A DNA stretch of 32,000 nt. Origin: Candidatus Saccharimonadota bacterium. GTDB lineage: Bacteria > Patescibacteriota > Gracilibacteria > BD1-5 > UBA2023. The notes below the pieces were generated by a model that was not told the DNA's origin, did not search any database, and worked only from the letters and a program-made list of their open reading frames with translations. Below, one piece after another: positions 19,242 through 30,200 of the stretch (position 1 is the first letter of the stretch; each line of letters begins with the position of its first letter). Position numbers and translations under genes: made by a program. The stretch covers positions 120,001-152,000 of the forward strand of contig BAAFHK010000001.1 of assembly GCA_042852035.1 (NCBI GenBank), in the 5' to 3' direction.

Positions 19242-19910
19242 ATGCACCTTCACGCCTATGTCGTACTCTGTCTCTATGCAGCGTTTCTCGCTATTCTTAG
19301 AGCATATCTCACATGAGATACTATTCTTGGTGGACTTGTCTGGAACCTGATTCTTGCACTTATTCCATATTTCTTCGCGATGTTAGCCGTGAAGGAAAAA
19401 GGATATCTTCACTGAATCTTTTTCCTTCTCTGGCTTTTTTTCTTCCCGAATTCTCTCTATATCTTCACTGACTTTATTCACCTCGGGAAACTTCCTGAAT
19501 ATATCCATTTTGATATTGTCCTGATTGCTACCTCTGCTCTTGCTGGGATGATATCAGGTTTTGCTTCACTTGAGCTCTTTCATATCTATTGGAATAAAAA
19601 ATACCATCACACAAAATGATGGATATTTGTAACGATTATTATGTGTCTCTCTATTTTCTGAGTCTATCTCGGTCGATTCCTCCGATTTAATAGCTGGGAT
19701 ATTCTCCATGAACCAGGAAGTCTCATACGAGAGATTGGATCAATTCTTATTGAACCAAATAGAGTTCCTATCATAGAAAATGTTTCGAGAGCAGGGGAAA
19801 GTCTCGTCTTCTGAGCGCATCCCATTAATGTGTATCTCTTTGTTGGCCTCTATTTTGGTCTCTATATGCTCCTCTATGTTTTTCTGTATCACTCAAAGAA
19901 AGTGAGATAA
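19242..19910 (+). CDS. polytopic membrane protein (DUF1361-like)
   Basis: ATG 19242 to TAA 19908-19910, 222 aa. Multiple hydrophobic helices. FFPNSLYIFTDFIHL and YLGRFLRFNSWDIL resemble motifs I recall from DUF1361. Confidence 0.7.
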
Positions 19911-20046
19911 TCATTTATTTTACCAAAGAAGGAACTAGTTTTGAATCTTTTAAAGACTTTGTTTGGTTGCTTGAGCTAGCGACATTTTTCCCGTCTAGTT
20001 AGATTATTGCTAGTATTAGATCTAAATATTAAGGAATCAATTATCA

Positions 20047-20529
20047 CTATTGCTTTCAAAACTCACTAATAAAACCTCAGACAGCATTGGGATTTACGAG
20101 ATAGAGCGCATGATCGATTTTTTTGTATCCTCATTCGATTTTATCTCAATAAAATATAATCCCATAGTACTCTGGACTCAGGTGATATTGCTTCATTGAT
20201 TTTTTTTCTTTCTCGATTTCTTTTTTTACATCATCAAGAAAGAAGTTTGATTCCCAGTTCCAATTTTTACTATCGAGCATGAGAATCTTCCCACCCGAAT
20301 AGGTAATCGCATGGCTGATTCCTCATATTCAAGATGGGGTTTCGCTTCCTGAATCTCTATTTTCATGATGATTTTTTGCCATGTTGACGGATAGGTTCTC
20401 TCTATTTTTCTCCGAGCCAAAATCTGAGGATTGACCTATCTTCCATTCGACTCACTTTGGCTGATATTTCTTATAACTTTTTAGTCAAGAATGCAGACGG
20501 GTTTTATGTATAACAGTTCCTCAAATCAT
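20047..20529 (-). CDS. hypothetical protein (160 aa)
   Basis: Codon-by-codon translation of the minus frame shows it is open from beyond 20640 down to TAG at 20047-20049. ATG 20529 was chosen because it leaves room for the divergent murC promoter. Ends ...HALYLVNPNAVGGFISEFGKQ. This is a different frame from track ORF 20226-20420. Confidence 0.6.
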
Positions 20530-20542
20530 AAAAAGAGTATTA

Positions 20543-20570
20543 TTGACTAACTTTAATATTATATCATAAT
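20543..20570 (+). promoter_or_regulatory. candidate murC promoter
   Basis: TTGACT (20543-20548), a 16-nt spacer, then CATAAT (20565-20570). Confidence 0.45.
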
Positions 20571-20622
20571 AATTTATTGAGGTCAATTTCAATTTTTTAT
20601 CTTTCTCGATATAATTCATTTT

Positions 20623-22089
20623 ATGAATACTTGAAAACAAAAACATCTTCATGTTATTGGTATTGGCGGGATCGGCGTTTCAGCACTCGCTCGATACTAT
20701 AAATATCTCGGGTACACTGTTTCTGGTTCTGATGGATCAAATTCTGCATTTCTCGATACCCTTCGAAATGAGGGGTTCGATATTTCTCTAGGTCATCATG
20801 CAAAAAACCTCTACGAATGAACGGACTTAGTTATTTATTCTGAGGCGATTATTACGAAGCCAGATCTCTCTCCAGAAGAGCAAATATATGCCAATCCAGA
20901 GCTTGCTCGAGCAAAAGAACTTCACATCGAACACCTCTCATACCCTGCGGCACTGGGGAGAATTTTTGATGCAAAACAGGGGATAGCTATTACTGGTTCT
21001 CATGGGAAGTCGACAACGACCGCGATGACGGCACTTATGCTCGCGAATGAATATTCGGATAATCCAACGATTGAGATTCCTGCTGATTGAGCTTTTGCTT
21101 ATACTCCGAATTCACCGGGATGTTCTGCCATCATCGGGACGCAGGTGCCTCAACTTGGAAATTCAAATTTCTATAGCGAGATACAAACAGAAAATTTCGT
21201 CATAGAGGCATGTGAGTATAAACGTTCGTTTCTTCAGTACCATCCCTATATTACCGTCATTACCAATATTGATCTTGATCATCTTGATTACTATAAGAGT
21301 CTTGAAGATTATATTTCTGCGTTTCAGAGTATCGTCGATCAGACCCGAGGATTCGTGATTGTCTCAGCAAATGATGAGAATTCAAAAAAGCTCAATATTC
21401 CTGAAGAGAAAAAGATTATCGTCGGAAATGAGAAAATTATATACTTTCCACGAGTTGAAGAACGAAAATGAGAAACTCTTGAGGTTTATACCGTTGAAAA
21501 ATTTCTCCCTCTTCCGAAGCTTTCTCTTCGGGTTCCAGGAAGCCATCTCGAGCAAGATGCATATCTTGCTTATACTGTGGGACGACTTCTCGGGATGCAA
21601 GATGCCATCATAATACCAAAGCTAGAAAACTACAAAGGTTCATGGAGGCGATCAGAAATCGTCTGAACAACAAAAAATGGAAATGTTCTCATGAGTGATT
21701 ATGGTCACCATCCGAATGAAATTCGCCCAACACTCAAGGCAATAAAAGAGAAATACCATGATAAGAAACTTTTTGTTGTTTTTCAGCCTCATCAATACTC
21801 ACGTACGCGCGAACTTCTCTCTGAGTTTGCGACCGCTTTTGCAGATATTGATACTCTTGTTATTCCCAATATTTATTTTTCCCGTGACAAAAAAGAGGAT
21901 GTCGAGTGGATGACGACTGAGAAACTGATATGAGAAATCGCCAAGAATCAACCGAAAGTTCAAGATGGCAATGGTCTCGAAAATACAGCCAGACTTGTAA
22001 TGGAATATGATGAAACAAATCCAGACTCATCTATTATTCTCCTTCTCGGGGCGGGCGATGTTGATAGACTGAGATATAAAGTGCTTTAG
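20623..22089 (+). CDS. murC: UDP-N-acetylmuramate--L-alanine ligase
   Basis: ATG 20623 to TAG 22087-22089, 488 aa with 6 in-frame TGA. Motifs: HVIGIGGIGVSALARYY, ITGSHGKSTTTAM, NIDLDHLDYY and DYGHHPNEI. Confidence 0.95.
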
Positions 22090-22095
22090 TAATGT

Positions 22096-23268
22096 ATGTT
22101 ATTCTCTCGCAACATTAGTATACTTCTCATTCTACGGGCAGTGAGATGGTTTTTGGTAGTGATGCCAATAATCACGATTTTTTACCAGAGGCATGGACTC
22201 TCGATGCAAGAAATTTTTCTCATTCAGTCAGTTTTTTCTATTTGAGTGGTTCTTTTTGAGGTTCCTACTGGCTATTTTGCTGATGTTATTGGGAGGAAGC
22301 AGTCGCTCATTATCGGTATGTTATTTGCAATAATAGGATTGGCACTTTATGCTTTTTCTCATGAATTTTGGTGATTTCTTTGTGCTGAGCTTATTCTCTG
22401 ACTTGGTTCAAGTTTTATTTCCGGGACAGATTCTGCGATGATATACGATACTCTTATTGATGAGGGGCATGAGGGTAAAAATAAAAAAATTCAATGATAC
22501 CTTCAATCGGTTTCCAGTATCTCGGAATCTCTTGCAAGTCTTCTTGGATGATTCCTTGCGGTAATAAGTATTTCTCTTCCATTTTATGTCGAGCTTGGCG
22601 TTTTTGTGATGTTTTTTCCTCTGGTATTCCTCTTAAAAGAACCCAATCGACATAAGCACAAGAATGCCGAATGAATACTGCGATGAATTACGAAGATTGT
22701 ACGATATTCGCTACATGAGCATAAAGAAATAAAATGGCTTATTATTTTTTCATGATTTTTTGGTTCTTCTACGCTTGTTATGACTTGGCTTCTTCAGTTA
22801 TATTTCACGAAAGTTGGAGTGCCACTTCAGTATTTTTGAGCTATTTGGATGATCTTCAATCTTTCGATAATACCATTTTCATTTCTTGCTCATAAGATTG
22901 AGTGACTTCTTGGCTGGAAATACTCTTTGATTCTCCTTTCACTACTTCCGGCACTCTGATACTTTTTTCTTGGTTTTTTCCAATCCATTATCGGACTTAT
23001 ATTTGTCTTTTTCTTTTATATTGCTCGAGGTTTTGGTTCGGTGATATTAAATGACTACGTCAATACTCTTATTTCTTCAGATATTCGGGCTACAGTACTT
23101 TCTGTTCAGGCTCTCGCATTTCGTTGAGTATTTAGCGTTATTGGCCCTATTATTGGTTGGATTACAGATGCTACATCAATGAGAATTTCCCTCTTTGTTG
23201 CTGGTTTTATTTTTCTTATGAGCACTCTTTCTTCGCTGTTTTTTCTTTGAAAAAATAAGTCTTTTTAA
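22096..23268 (+). CDS. MFS transporter
   Basis: ATG 22096 to TAA 23266-23268, 390 aa. Hydrophobic throughout. MFS motif-A-like PTGYFADVIGRKQSLIIG. Many in-frame TGA. Confidence 0.85.
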
Positions 23269-23286
23269 TTACGTAATAGAATTCAC

Positions 23287-23502
23287 ATGAACCCAGAAAC
23301 ACTGAGTCTCCAAGTTCCGAACTCTCTCGAACAAACTGATATATCGACGATGAATTTTTCTCCGACACATCTTTTTTGAATCAGCATAATAGTGATTGTG
23401 GTTTCTCATTTTGGTGCGCAGTATCTTGCATCGATTACTCCTCGAGGGTATTGGTTCTGGTTTACTATACTCAATATCGCTGTTTGATTATTTTTTATTT
23501 AG
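23287..23502 (+). CDS. small two-helix membrane protein (71 aa), hypothetical
   Basis: ATG 23287 to TAG 23500-23502. Hydrophobic segments ISIIVIVVSHF and YWFWFTILNIAVGLFFI. Confidence 0.45.
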
Positions 23503-23720
23503 TATTGCAATATTAAAAATATCACTAAAATGCGACTCTCTTTCGAGAGTATTTCTCTTTGAGTTTTCGAGTTCGATTTGAATCTCGTGAATCCAAAAAG
23601 AAATGTCCTTGATGAGCTCGAGTGATCGAAGCAAATCAACATGAATGATGCATTTGGCTGTCTGAGTTGTAAGACCAGGAGTGCCAGCCGATTGATTCTT
23701 TCATTCATGAAAAACATTTC

Positions 23721-23760
23721 CCGGACTGCGCCTTGAAGAATGGCAGTCCGGTTTTTTTTT
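23721..23760 (+). terminator. strong intrinsic terminator
   Basis: 9-bp stem ccggactgc/gcagtccgg with a 13-nt loop, followed by a run of nine T. Confidence 0.8.
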
Positions 23761-23796
23761 ATTGCATTTTTTTATTTTTTCTACACTATACCTTTC

Positions 23797-24327
23797 ATGT
23801 TATTTCTCATTCCTACAGATACGTGTTATTGACTTGCTTGAGAGTTTTCAGAGCAGGATTATAGTGCGATTAATGTCCTCAAATGAAGAGATGATACGAA
23901 GAGGCTTGCTCTCTTGGTTGAAGATTTTTCTGATATGAAACAATTTGTGACCTTGAGTGATGAACAAATCGATTTTTTAAGAAATTATCCACATCCATGG
24001 AGTTTTCTTGGGACAAGAAGTTCGAATTTTCAAATTCCTGAGTGGATGGACGGGGGAAAATATGAAAAAATTTCCCTGAGGGTTGCCAAGGTTTGTATCC
24101 CGAATTACTCACGAGCACTTTTTGGGGACACTTCTTTTCCATTCTTTCTTACTTCCGCGAATCTTTCTGGTCATTCTGAATCGAAAACTCTCATTGAGGC
24201 AGAGAGTGTTTTTCCTTGAATTTTCGGCATTGACGGAGGTTTATGTAATAGGCCCCCTTCAGATATATTCTCCATGAATGAATCAGGAGAGCTTGAGTAT
24301 TTGAGAAGAAATTATAATGTACAATAA
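23797..24327 (+). CDS. tsaC: L-threonylcarbamoyladenylate synthase (TsaC/YrdC family), short N-terminus
   Basis: ATG 23797 to TAA 24325-24327, 176 aa. Motifs: IPTDTCYGLA, LKGRDDTKRLALLV, FLTSANLSGH and IDGG. Confidence 0.85.
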
Positions 24328-24330
24328 AAA

Positions 24331-24357
24331 ACCTCTCAGTATTGAGAGGTTTTTTTA
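24331..24357. terminator. bidirectional intrinsic terminator between tsaC and aqpZ
   Basis: acctctca-gtat-tgagaggt, flanked by an A-run and a T-run. Confidence 0.85.
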
Positions 24358-24382
24358 TGAGAGAAATTTTTTATAAAGCTTC

Positions 24383-25045
24383 TTATCTCTTTTCACACCA
24401 CATATACGTCCAAGCCGCAACAACAGCACCAAGAAGTGGGGCTACCCAGAAAAGCCACAGTTGACTCCATGCATCACCGCCTGCCAATAGGGCTGGTCCA
24501 AGTGATCGAGCAGGATTGACGCTCGTACCAGTTACTGGGATAAATACGATATGTATCACTGCAAGCGTAAGACCGATAACGAGACCTGCAAGAGGCCCAG
24601 CACCTGACTTATCTCCAGTGGAAGCGAGTACCACTCGAACAAAAATCATAGTAGCAAGAAATTCAGCGATAAAAGCCTGAAGCGTACTAAAATCTCCTTG
24701 GATTACATTTTGCCCGAGTTTATCACTCATAAATGCTCCTGTGGCGATATAAGAAAGGACAGCAGCACCGATAATGGCACCAGCACTTTGCGCGACGATA
24801 TACCAGAGTCCTTCACTCCATTTCATTCGACCTGATACACACATACCGACCGTAACGGCAGGGTTTATATGGCAACCAGAAACATGACCAATAGTATATG
24901 CCATAGCTACCACAGCAAGACCAAATGCGAGAGCTATATGGAGATTTCCAGCAGTCATCCCAGCAAGTACAGCGGAGCCACAACCCAGAAGCACAAGCAC
25001 CATAGTGCCCATAGCCTCTGCAGCATACTTTTTCATATGTTGCAT
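24383..25045 (-). CDS. aqpZ: aquaporin Z / MIP-family channel
   Basis: Uninterrupted 220-aa ORF ending in TAA. Two NPA boxes (HINPAVT, SVNPARS). The start could instead be ATG 25036 (MKKYAAEA...). Confidence 0.95.
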   Translation of the reverse strand: MQHMKKYAAEAMGTMVLVLLGCGSAVLAGMTAGNLHIALAFGLAVVAMAYTIGHVSGCHINPAVTVGMCVSGRMKWSEGLWYIVAQSAGAIIGAAVLSYIATGAFMSDKLGQNVIQGDFSTLQAFIAEFLATMIFVRVVLASTGDKSGAGPLAGLVIGLTLAVIHIVFIPVTGTSVNPARSLGPALLAGGDAWSQLWLFWVAPLLGAVVAAWTYMWCEKR

Positions 25046-25264
25046 AGAAAAAAAGTGAAAAAATAAAGGAATCTTCGACTATGTGTTTTTGCTTTTTACG
25101 GAGGATTAACCTCACATATTTGTCTGAAAAAGAGTTGACCAATCTCTTTTTAGAGCATCGAACTTCGACAAAAAAGTCCGTAAAAAAGACAATTATATAT
25201 AATATCAAATTCCCTTCTTTGTCAAAAGAAAAGGTATTGACGAATAAAAATAGTGTACAAAATA

Positions 25265-25738
25265 CTAGTTGTCGCTTCCTCAAAATTGTCTGAGAAGTTC
25301 ATCTCTTGTTTTCGATCCGTTCTTTATTTGCATAAACCAGCTAAATATTCTGTTTTCATCAAGATTCGCTCAAGGGTAATAGATGTCGATACAATTCTTA
25401 AAATCTTCCACTTTAGTGCCCAAATGATCTCTAAATATCTCTTCCACATTTCATGCTCACCGTAAGATATAATCTATAATCATGAGAATCCGACGAAGAA
25501 ACCTCTCTTTCCTATCAAGTCTTCCTAACTCACGATCCGGTAAGTTTATAATTCATAACCTTCGGTCTTCAGGAGAAAGAAGTCAGGGAGTGGTAATGCC
25601 GGTAAGTACCCGCTGAATCTCAGCTTCATAGAAAGATCCCAATAATCAAGTAGGATTTCATGCCTTAATGGCCCTGATATAGCGATCGAGAGCGGTAGCA
25701 GTATCTTCAGTTCTAAATGATGGGGAGATTACAGCCAT
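25265..25738 (-). CDS. hypothetical protein (157 aa)
   Basis: Triplet check finds no TAA/TAG over 158 codons. ATG 25738 overlaps the miaA 3' end by 26 nt. Starts MAVISPSFRTEDTATALDRYIRAIKAG. No family recognised. Confidence 0.62.
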
Positions 25739-26654
25739 ATCGTTTATTCCACGTTATCTGCCGTTTTGCGTAGTTTCTTGAATGTTGTTGTACGAGACTG
25801 ATAGCATCTTCAAGAGTGGATTTTTCTTCGAGATAATCGACAACTTCTTTGTATCCTATAGTCTCGAGGCCAGGGCAGTGAGAAGTAAAACTTGATATAT
25901 TATACTTTACTTCTTCTATAAGTCAATTATTAAACATATCCTGAACTCGACTATCAATCTTTTCATAGAGGAATTTCCGATTTTCAGGACTATCGAGATA
26001 GGGAGTCACAAAAAATGGAGAGAATCGAAGGCTTTTTGTATTGTGAGATTCTCGTTTTGATCTTCAGGTATCACGCATGACTTCGAGCCCGCGTATAATA
26101 TATCGATAATTTGAGGGGGAAAGCTCTTTTGCATATTCCGGATCAACTTCAAAAAGCATATTCCAAAGAAATTCGTTTCATTTTTCTTGTCGAATTGCTT
26201 CGAGCTCGTTTCGATATTTCCAATCGGGAGGGTTCTCAGGAAAGGCCATATCATAGAGGACGGCATCGATATAAAGTCATGTTCCTCCGCATAAAATAGG
26301 GACAATATTCTCACTTTCCCAAAGAGGAAGATTGTCGAAATCGCGCCTATAGTCAATCATCGAATACTTCGTGTTCGGATCTATAATATCGAGTAAGTGA
26401 TGTGGAATTCAGTCCATCTCAGATGGAAGTATTTTTCAGGTGCCAATATCAAGTCATCTATAAACCTGGCGGCTATCTGCTGAGATTATTTCTGGAAAGT
26501 ACCCATGCTCCAAAAGGAGCCTTCCAATCTCTACGGAAAGTCCACTTTTTCCGCTAGCAGTAGGACCATAGATGACTATTATCTTCGGAAGGGTTGTCTC
26601 GCTTGAGAGAAATGAGAACAGATGTTTTTTATGCTCAAGTGACAGGCTTAGCAT
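25713..26654 (-). CDS. miaA: tRNA dimethylallyltransferase
   Basis: 313 aa. P-loop IYGPTASGKSGLS. YR-G-LDIGT-G-K, and CGGT-G-LYI with TGA at 26277-26279 on the invariant Gly. TAG at 25713-25715. Confidence 0.93.
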
Positions 26655-27795
26655 ATCGTTTTTTTAACTCCGCACGGATAGTGCTAATATAAACATCGAA
26701 ATCTTCTACAAGTCATATGAGGATCGAAAAAAGAGGCACTCCAATCAAGAGTCAAAGAAGTCCAAAAGCGTGCTCTGAAATGAGAAGAATAACAAAGGTG
26801 ATAAAGACAGGAAAATGAACATAAGAGGATACTATCTTTGGATTGAGATAATATGCCTCCACAGCATGAACTATCGCAATCATGGTGATAAGAGCTATTA
26901 CGACAGGAATGCCTCAGTAACCATAACCAAGTATAAGTATTGGTACTCAGGAAAGGAAGGTTCCAAACACGGGTATAAAACCACAGATAAATACAATCAG
27001 GGAAAGAGTGATAATAAAAGGGAAGGCTCCTCCATTAAATATGCTTATAAGTATGAGTCCAATACTGGTTAATACTGCATTTACGAGAGCAATGATTGAT
27101 TGGGCTTTAAAAATCAGACCAAAACCAGTTCATACCTTTCGAGCAATGATTGCCCACTCATCATAAAGAAATTGGAAGTTTCCATTTCGGATTTGGGCGA
27201 GAAATTTTTCGATGCGTACTCGTTCTATGAGAAACAAATAGGATAAAAGAAGGGCAAGGAGAAATTTTGTAAATATGATCCCTGCATTTGTTACATATGA
27301 GAAGGCTTTTTGTCAGAGTGATTTGAGATTCTCTGAGCTTACAAACTCTCAAACCATCTCCTTAAGTCAAAGATTCAAGTTTGTTGCTGTTTCTACTTTT
27401 GCGATGAAGTCTTCTCCCTGGCGAGCAATATTACCAGCATCATCTATAAATCTATCAATTTCTCCACCAATTTGAGGTATTATATTCACAAAGATAAATA
27501 CAAGAATCCCAATAAAAACGACATAAAGTCCAGTTATCACAATACTAACGGTTGCATATTTTCTTGCGAGGAGATGTGCTCTATCTCATTTTCAATGAGT
27601 TCCCCATGTGTGTATTTTTTGAGCAAGATAGGTTCAGAGCTCGAGAAAAATATAAGCAAAAAGGAACGTAATAAAAAAGAGTATAATGAAATTATTGAGG
27701 CTATATCCTATGAGAAATAGAATGGAGAAGGCAATCAACTTCCTCCAAAATACTGGTCCGAAAATGATAGGAAGCGCGTTTTTTAGAGTAAACAT
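26629..27795 (-). CDS. AI-2E family (PerM/UPF0118) transporter
   Basis: Triplet check finds no TAA/TAG over 389 codons. Polytopic. GFIPVFGTFLSGVPI and VEAYYLNPKIV are typical of the family. It overlaps the miaA start by 26 nt. Confidence 0.85.
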
Positions 27796-27849
27796 AATTG
27801 AAGACAGAGAGTCTATTTATTGTATAAAAATACAGAGAATTGCAACCTT

Positions 27850-29310
27850 CTAGAAAATTCCTTCGGCAATATTTGAGTTTATGGATTCTTTTAGTTCACA
27901 CAATACTTCCCAATTACCTCCAAATATTTGACTACACGTTTCTGCTATAAGATTGCGAATTTTTGGAGGATTGACTCGTTCATAATTCCATTTTTTTTGA
28001 AATATAAGCGTGAGATTGGTTCCATCCAGTGAAAATCTTGCCGTTTTAAGGTCTGTTGTAAGTGCTGGACTTACTTCGATAAGTTTTTTTATCAGGAGAG
28101 GAAACGAGAAGCTTATATCATTTTTTATTGCTTCATCTTGTGTTACTGTTGGCTGAGGTTGGATTTTTGTTTCTTCGTTTTGTTCAGGATTCTTTGCTTG
28201 AGCAGGAGGAGGCACTATTTTTTCTCATTTTGGTTCTCATTTTTCCTGAATTTTTGATGATTGAGTCCGATTGAGTGAATTTGTTTCGGTGGATGCAGGT
28301 TTTCCTGAGCGTTTGACTATTCTTAGGAGAGTAATTTCTATAAGCATCAATCCATCTGGGATATTTCTAATTCGCGAGTATGCATCTTCGATAAGATTCA
28401 TGATTTCGCTATAGACATAAAAATCTGAATCGTCGATATGTTCAAGCATAAGATCGCGCAATCGGTACATGAGCTGATCGAAAAATGAACGTACTTGAAT
28501 ATGTCGTTCTTTGAGTGAATCAATGATGCTACGAATGAGCGCGATATCGCTTCACTTCAGTCATTCAATAATCTTCTCAAGAAGGTCTTCATCGATAAGT
28601 GAAAGCGTATAGCGAACGTGTTCCGTTGATACTTCGTTATCGATGATATTCTGCTCGAGAAGGGTAAGGGCATCACGGAGTCAGCCACGTGCTGTTTTTG
28701 CGATGATTTGGAGAGCAGATTCCTCTGCGATGATTCACTCTTCTTTGGTTACAAAATTCAATCGGTCAATAATATCTCCGAAAGTAATTTTCTTAAAATC
28801 GAAACGAAGCGTGCGAGATCGTATCGTTTCCGGTACCTTATCAATTTCTGTGGTGGCAAGGATAAACTTAACATGTGCGGGTGGTTCTTCAAGGATCTTG
28901 AGAAGAGCATTAAATGCCCCAGTTGAGAGCATATGTACTTCATCAATAATATAGATTTTATATTTTCACTGATTTGGTTCGAATTTTGCTCTTTCGATGA
29001 GTTCACGAACATTCTCAACGCCATTGTTACTTGCTCCATCGATTTCTATGATATCGAGCATCGTGTCATTATCGAAGGCTCGACAATTCTCACATTCGTG
29101 ACAAGGATTTCATTCTTTTGGATTCGTGCAATTGAGTGCTTTTGCGAGTATGCGAGCACTTGTAGTTTTTCCTGTTCCACGTGATCCATGAAAAAGGTAA
29201 GCATGACTCACTCTTCATGATTTGAGGCTATTTCGGAGTATGGTTGTGATATAGTCTTGAGATACGACAGAATCCCAATCCCGAGGACGATATTTGGTAT
29301 AGAGAGACAT
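27850..29310 (-). CDS. dnaX: DNA polymerase III subunit gamma/tau
   Basis: 486 aa. It joins track ORFs 28735-28932, 28237-28470 and 27850-28215. Motifs: [21 protein letters not shown], zinc module [40 protein letters not shown] and SRTLRF. Confidence 0.95.
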
Positions 29311-29371
29311 GGCTCTACTATATGCAAAATCAGAGTGAAGGCAATAAAAATCTTCTCTTCTCTGAGTTTGG

Positions 29372-30199
29372 CTAATTCAGAATAACACTACTCTTTCAGC
29401 CATTGCCTGCTTCCCTTATAGGTTCAAATGTTACAGGAAATGCATTCACACGGATTGGCAGTCCTTTCTCATTTAAGTAGTCTTCCACATAGAGCATTTT
29501 ACATGCCTGTGATGCGGTACTTGCAAATCATACTACGTCTCAATTTTCATCTTTAAAAGAATTTCAAGATACTCAAGTAATTACAGCCTCCTCACAGGTT
29601 CTTCCTGATTTTTTTAGAAGATCGATATATTCTTGTCTACTGATATAAACAGTAGCCTGTCTCGGTATTTGTCTGTCCATATAGGCCCTTCCACTTATTT
29701 GAAAACAGGTGCTACTATTTTTGTCATCTCAATCTGGTAGGCATCAGTGCATGTGAACTTGCGCCATGTGAAGCATACCACCATAGAGGGATGATCGATT
29801 GAGTACCCTTGGATTATCAGTTGTTTCAAAAGAGATTCAGGATCCCTCTTTGTAGAGTCGAGTTAGACTTCTTGCAAGGATATAGTCTACTCAATCTTGA
29901 CCTCTTTTATATCCAGGGGTTACACAGTGTTTAGCGGTGCCAATAAATGTCTCAGTTCGGTCTTGAATGGGGATGCTTATTTTGTTAAAATGGCATATTC
30001 ATGCAACTTCTCAACGAACCTTCATTACCATATGTGCTACATTATTTGCTCGAGCCTCTTCAGCTGTGATGTATCGAATACGCGATGTGACAATATTTGG
30101 ATATAAGTCTATGGTTCTGGGTGCTTGAGCATTGGCAGTACTTACTGCTGCTGCAAGAGCAAATGATGTAAGAGTCGAACCGACAGAAAATTTGGACAT
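29372..30199 (-). CDS. secreted trypsin-like (S1 family-like) serine peptidase
   Basis: Triplet check finds no TAA/TAG. Signal peptide MSKFSVGSTLTSFALAAAVSTANAQA. His motif GTAKHC, Asp candidate DYILARS, and Ser motif IT-G-VSGNSF with the first Gly encoded by TGA. An alternative ATG exists at 30211. Confidence 0.72.
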
Positions 30200-30200
30200 T

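Noticed and set aside
23640-23709. Long imperfect hairpin as a 4.5S/SRP RNA
   Set aside because: The apical region (gtctgagttgtaagaccaggagtg) lacks the conserved domain IV motifs (GGAA-type tetraloop and AGCA/CAGG symmetric loop) that I recall from bacterial SRP RNA.
24813-25283. 156-aa minus-strand ORF overlapping the aqpZ 5' region
   Set aside because: It is out of frame with the aquaporin, which has both NPA boxes, and its sequence is unlike protein.
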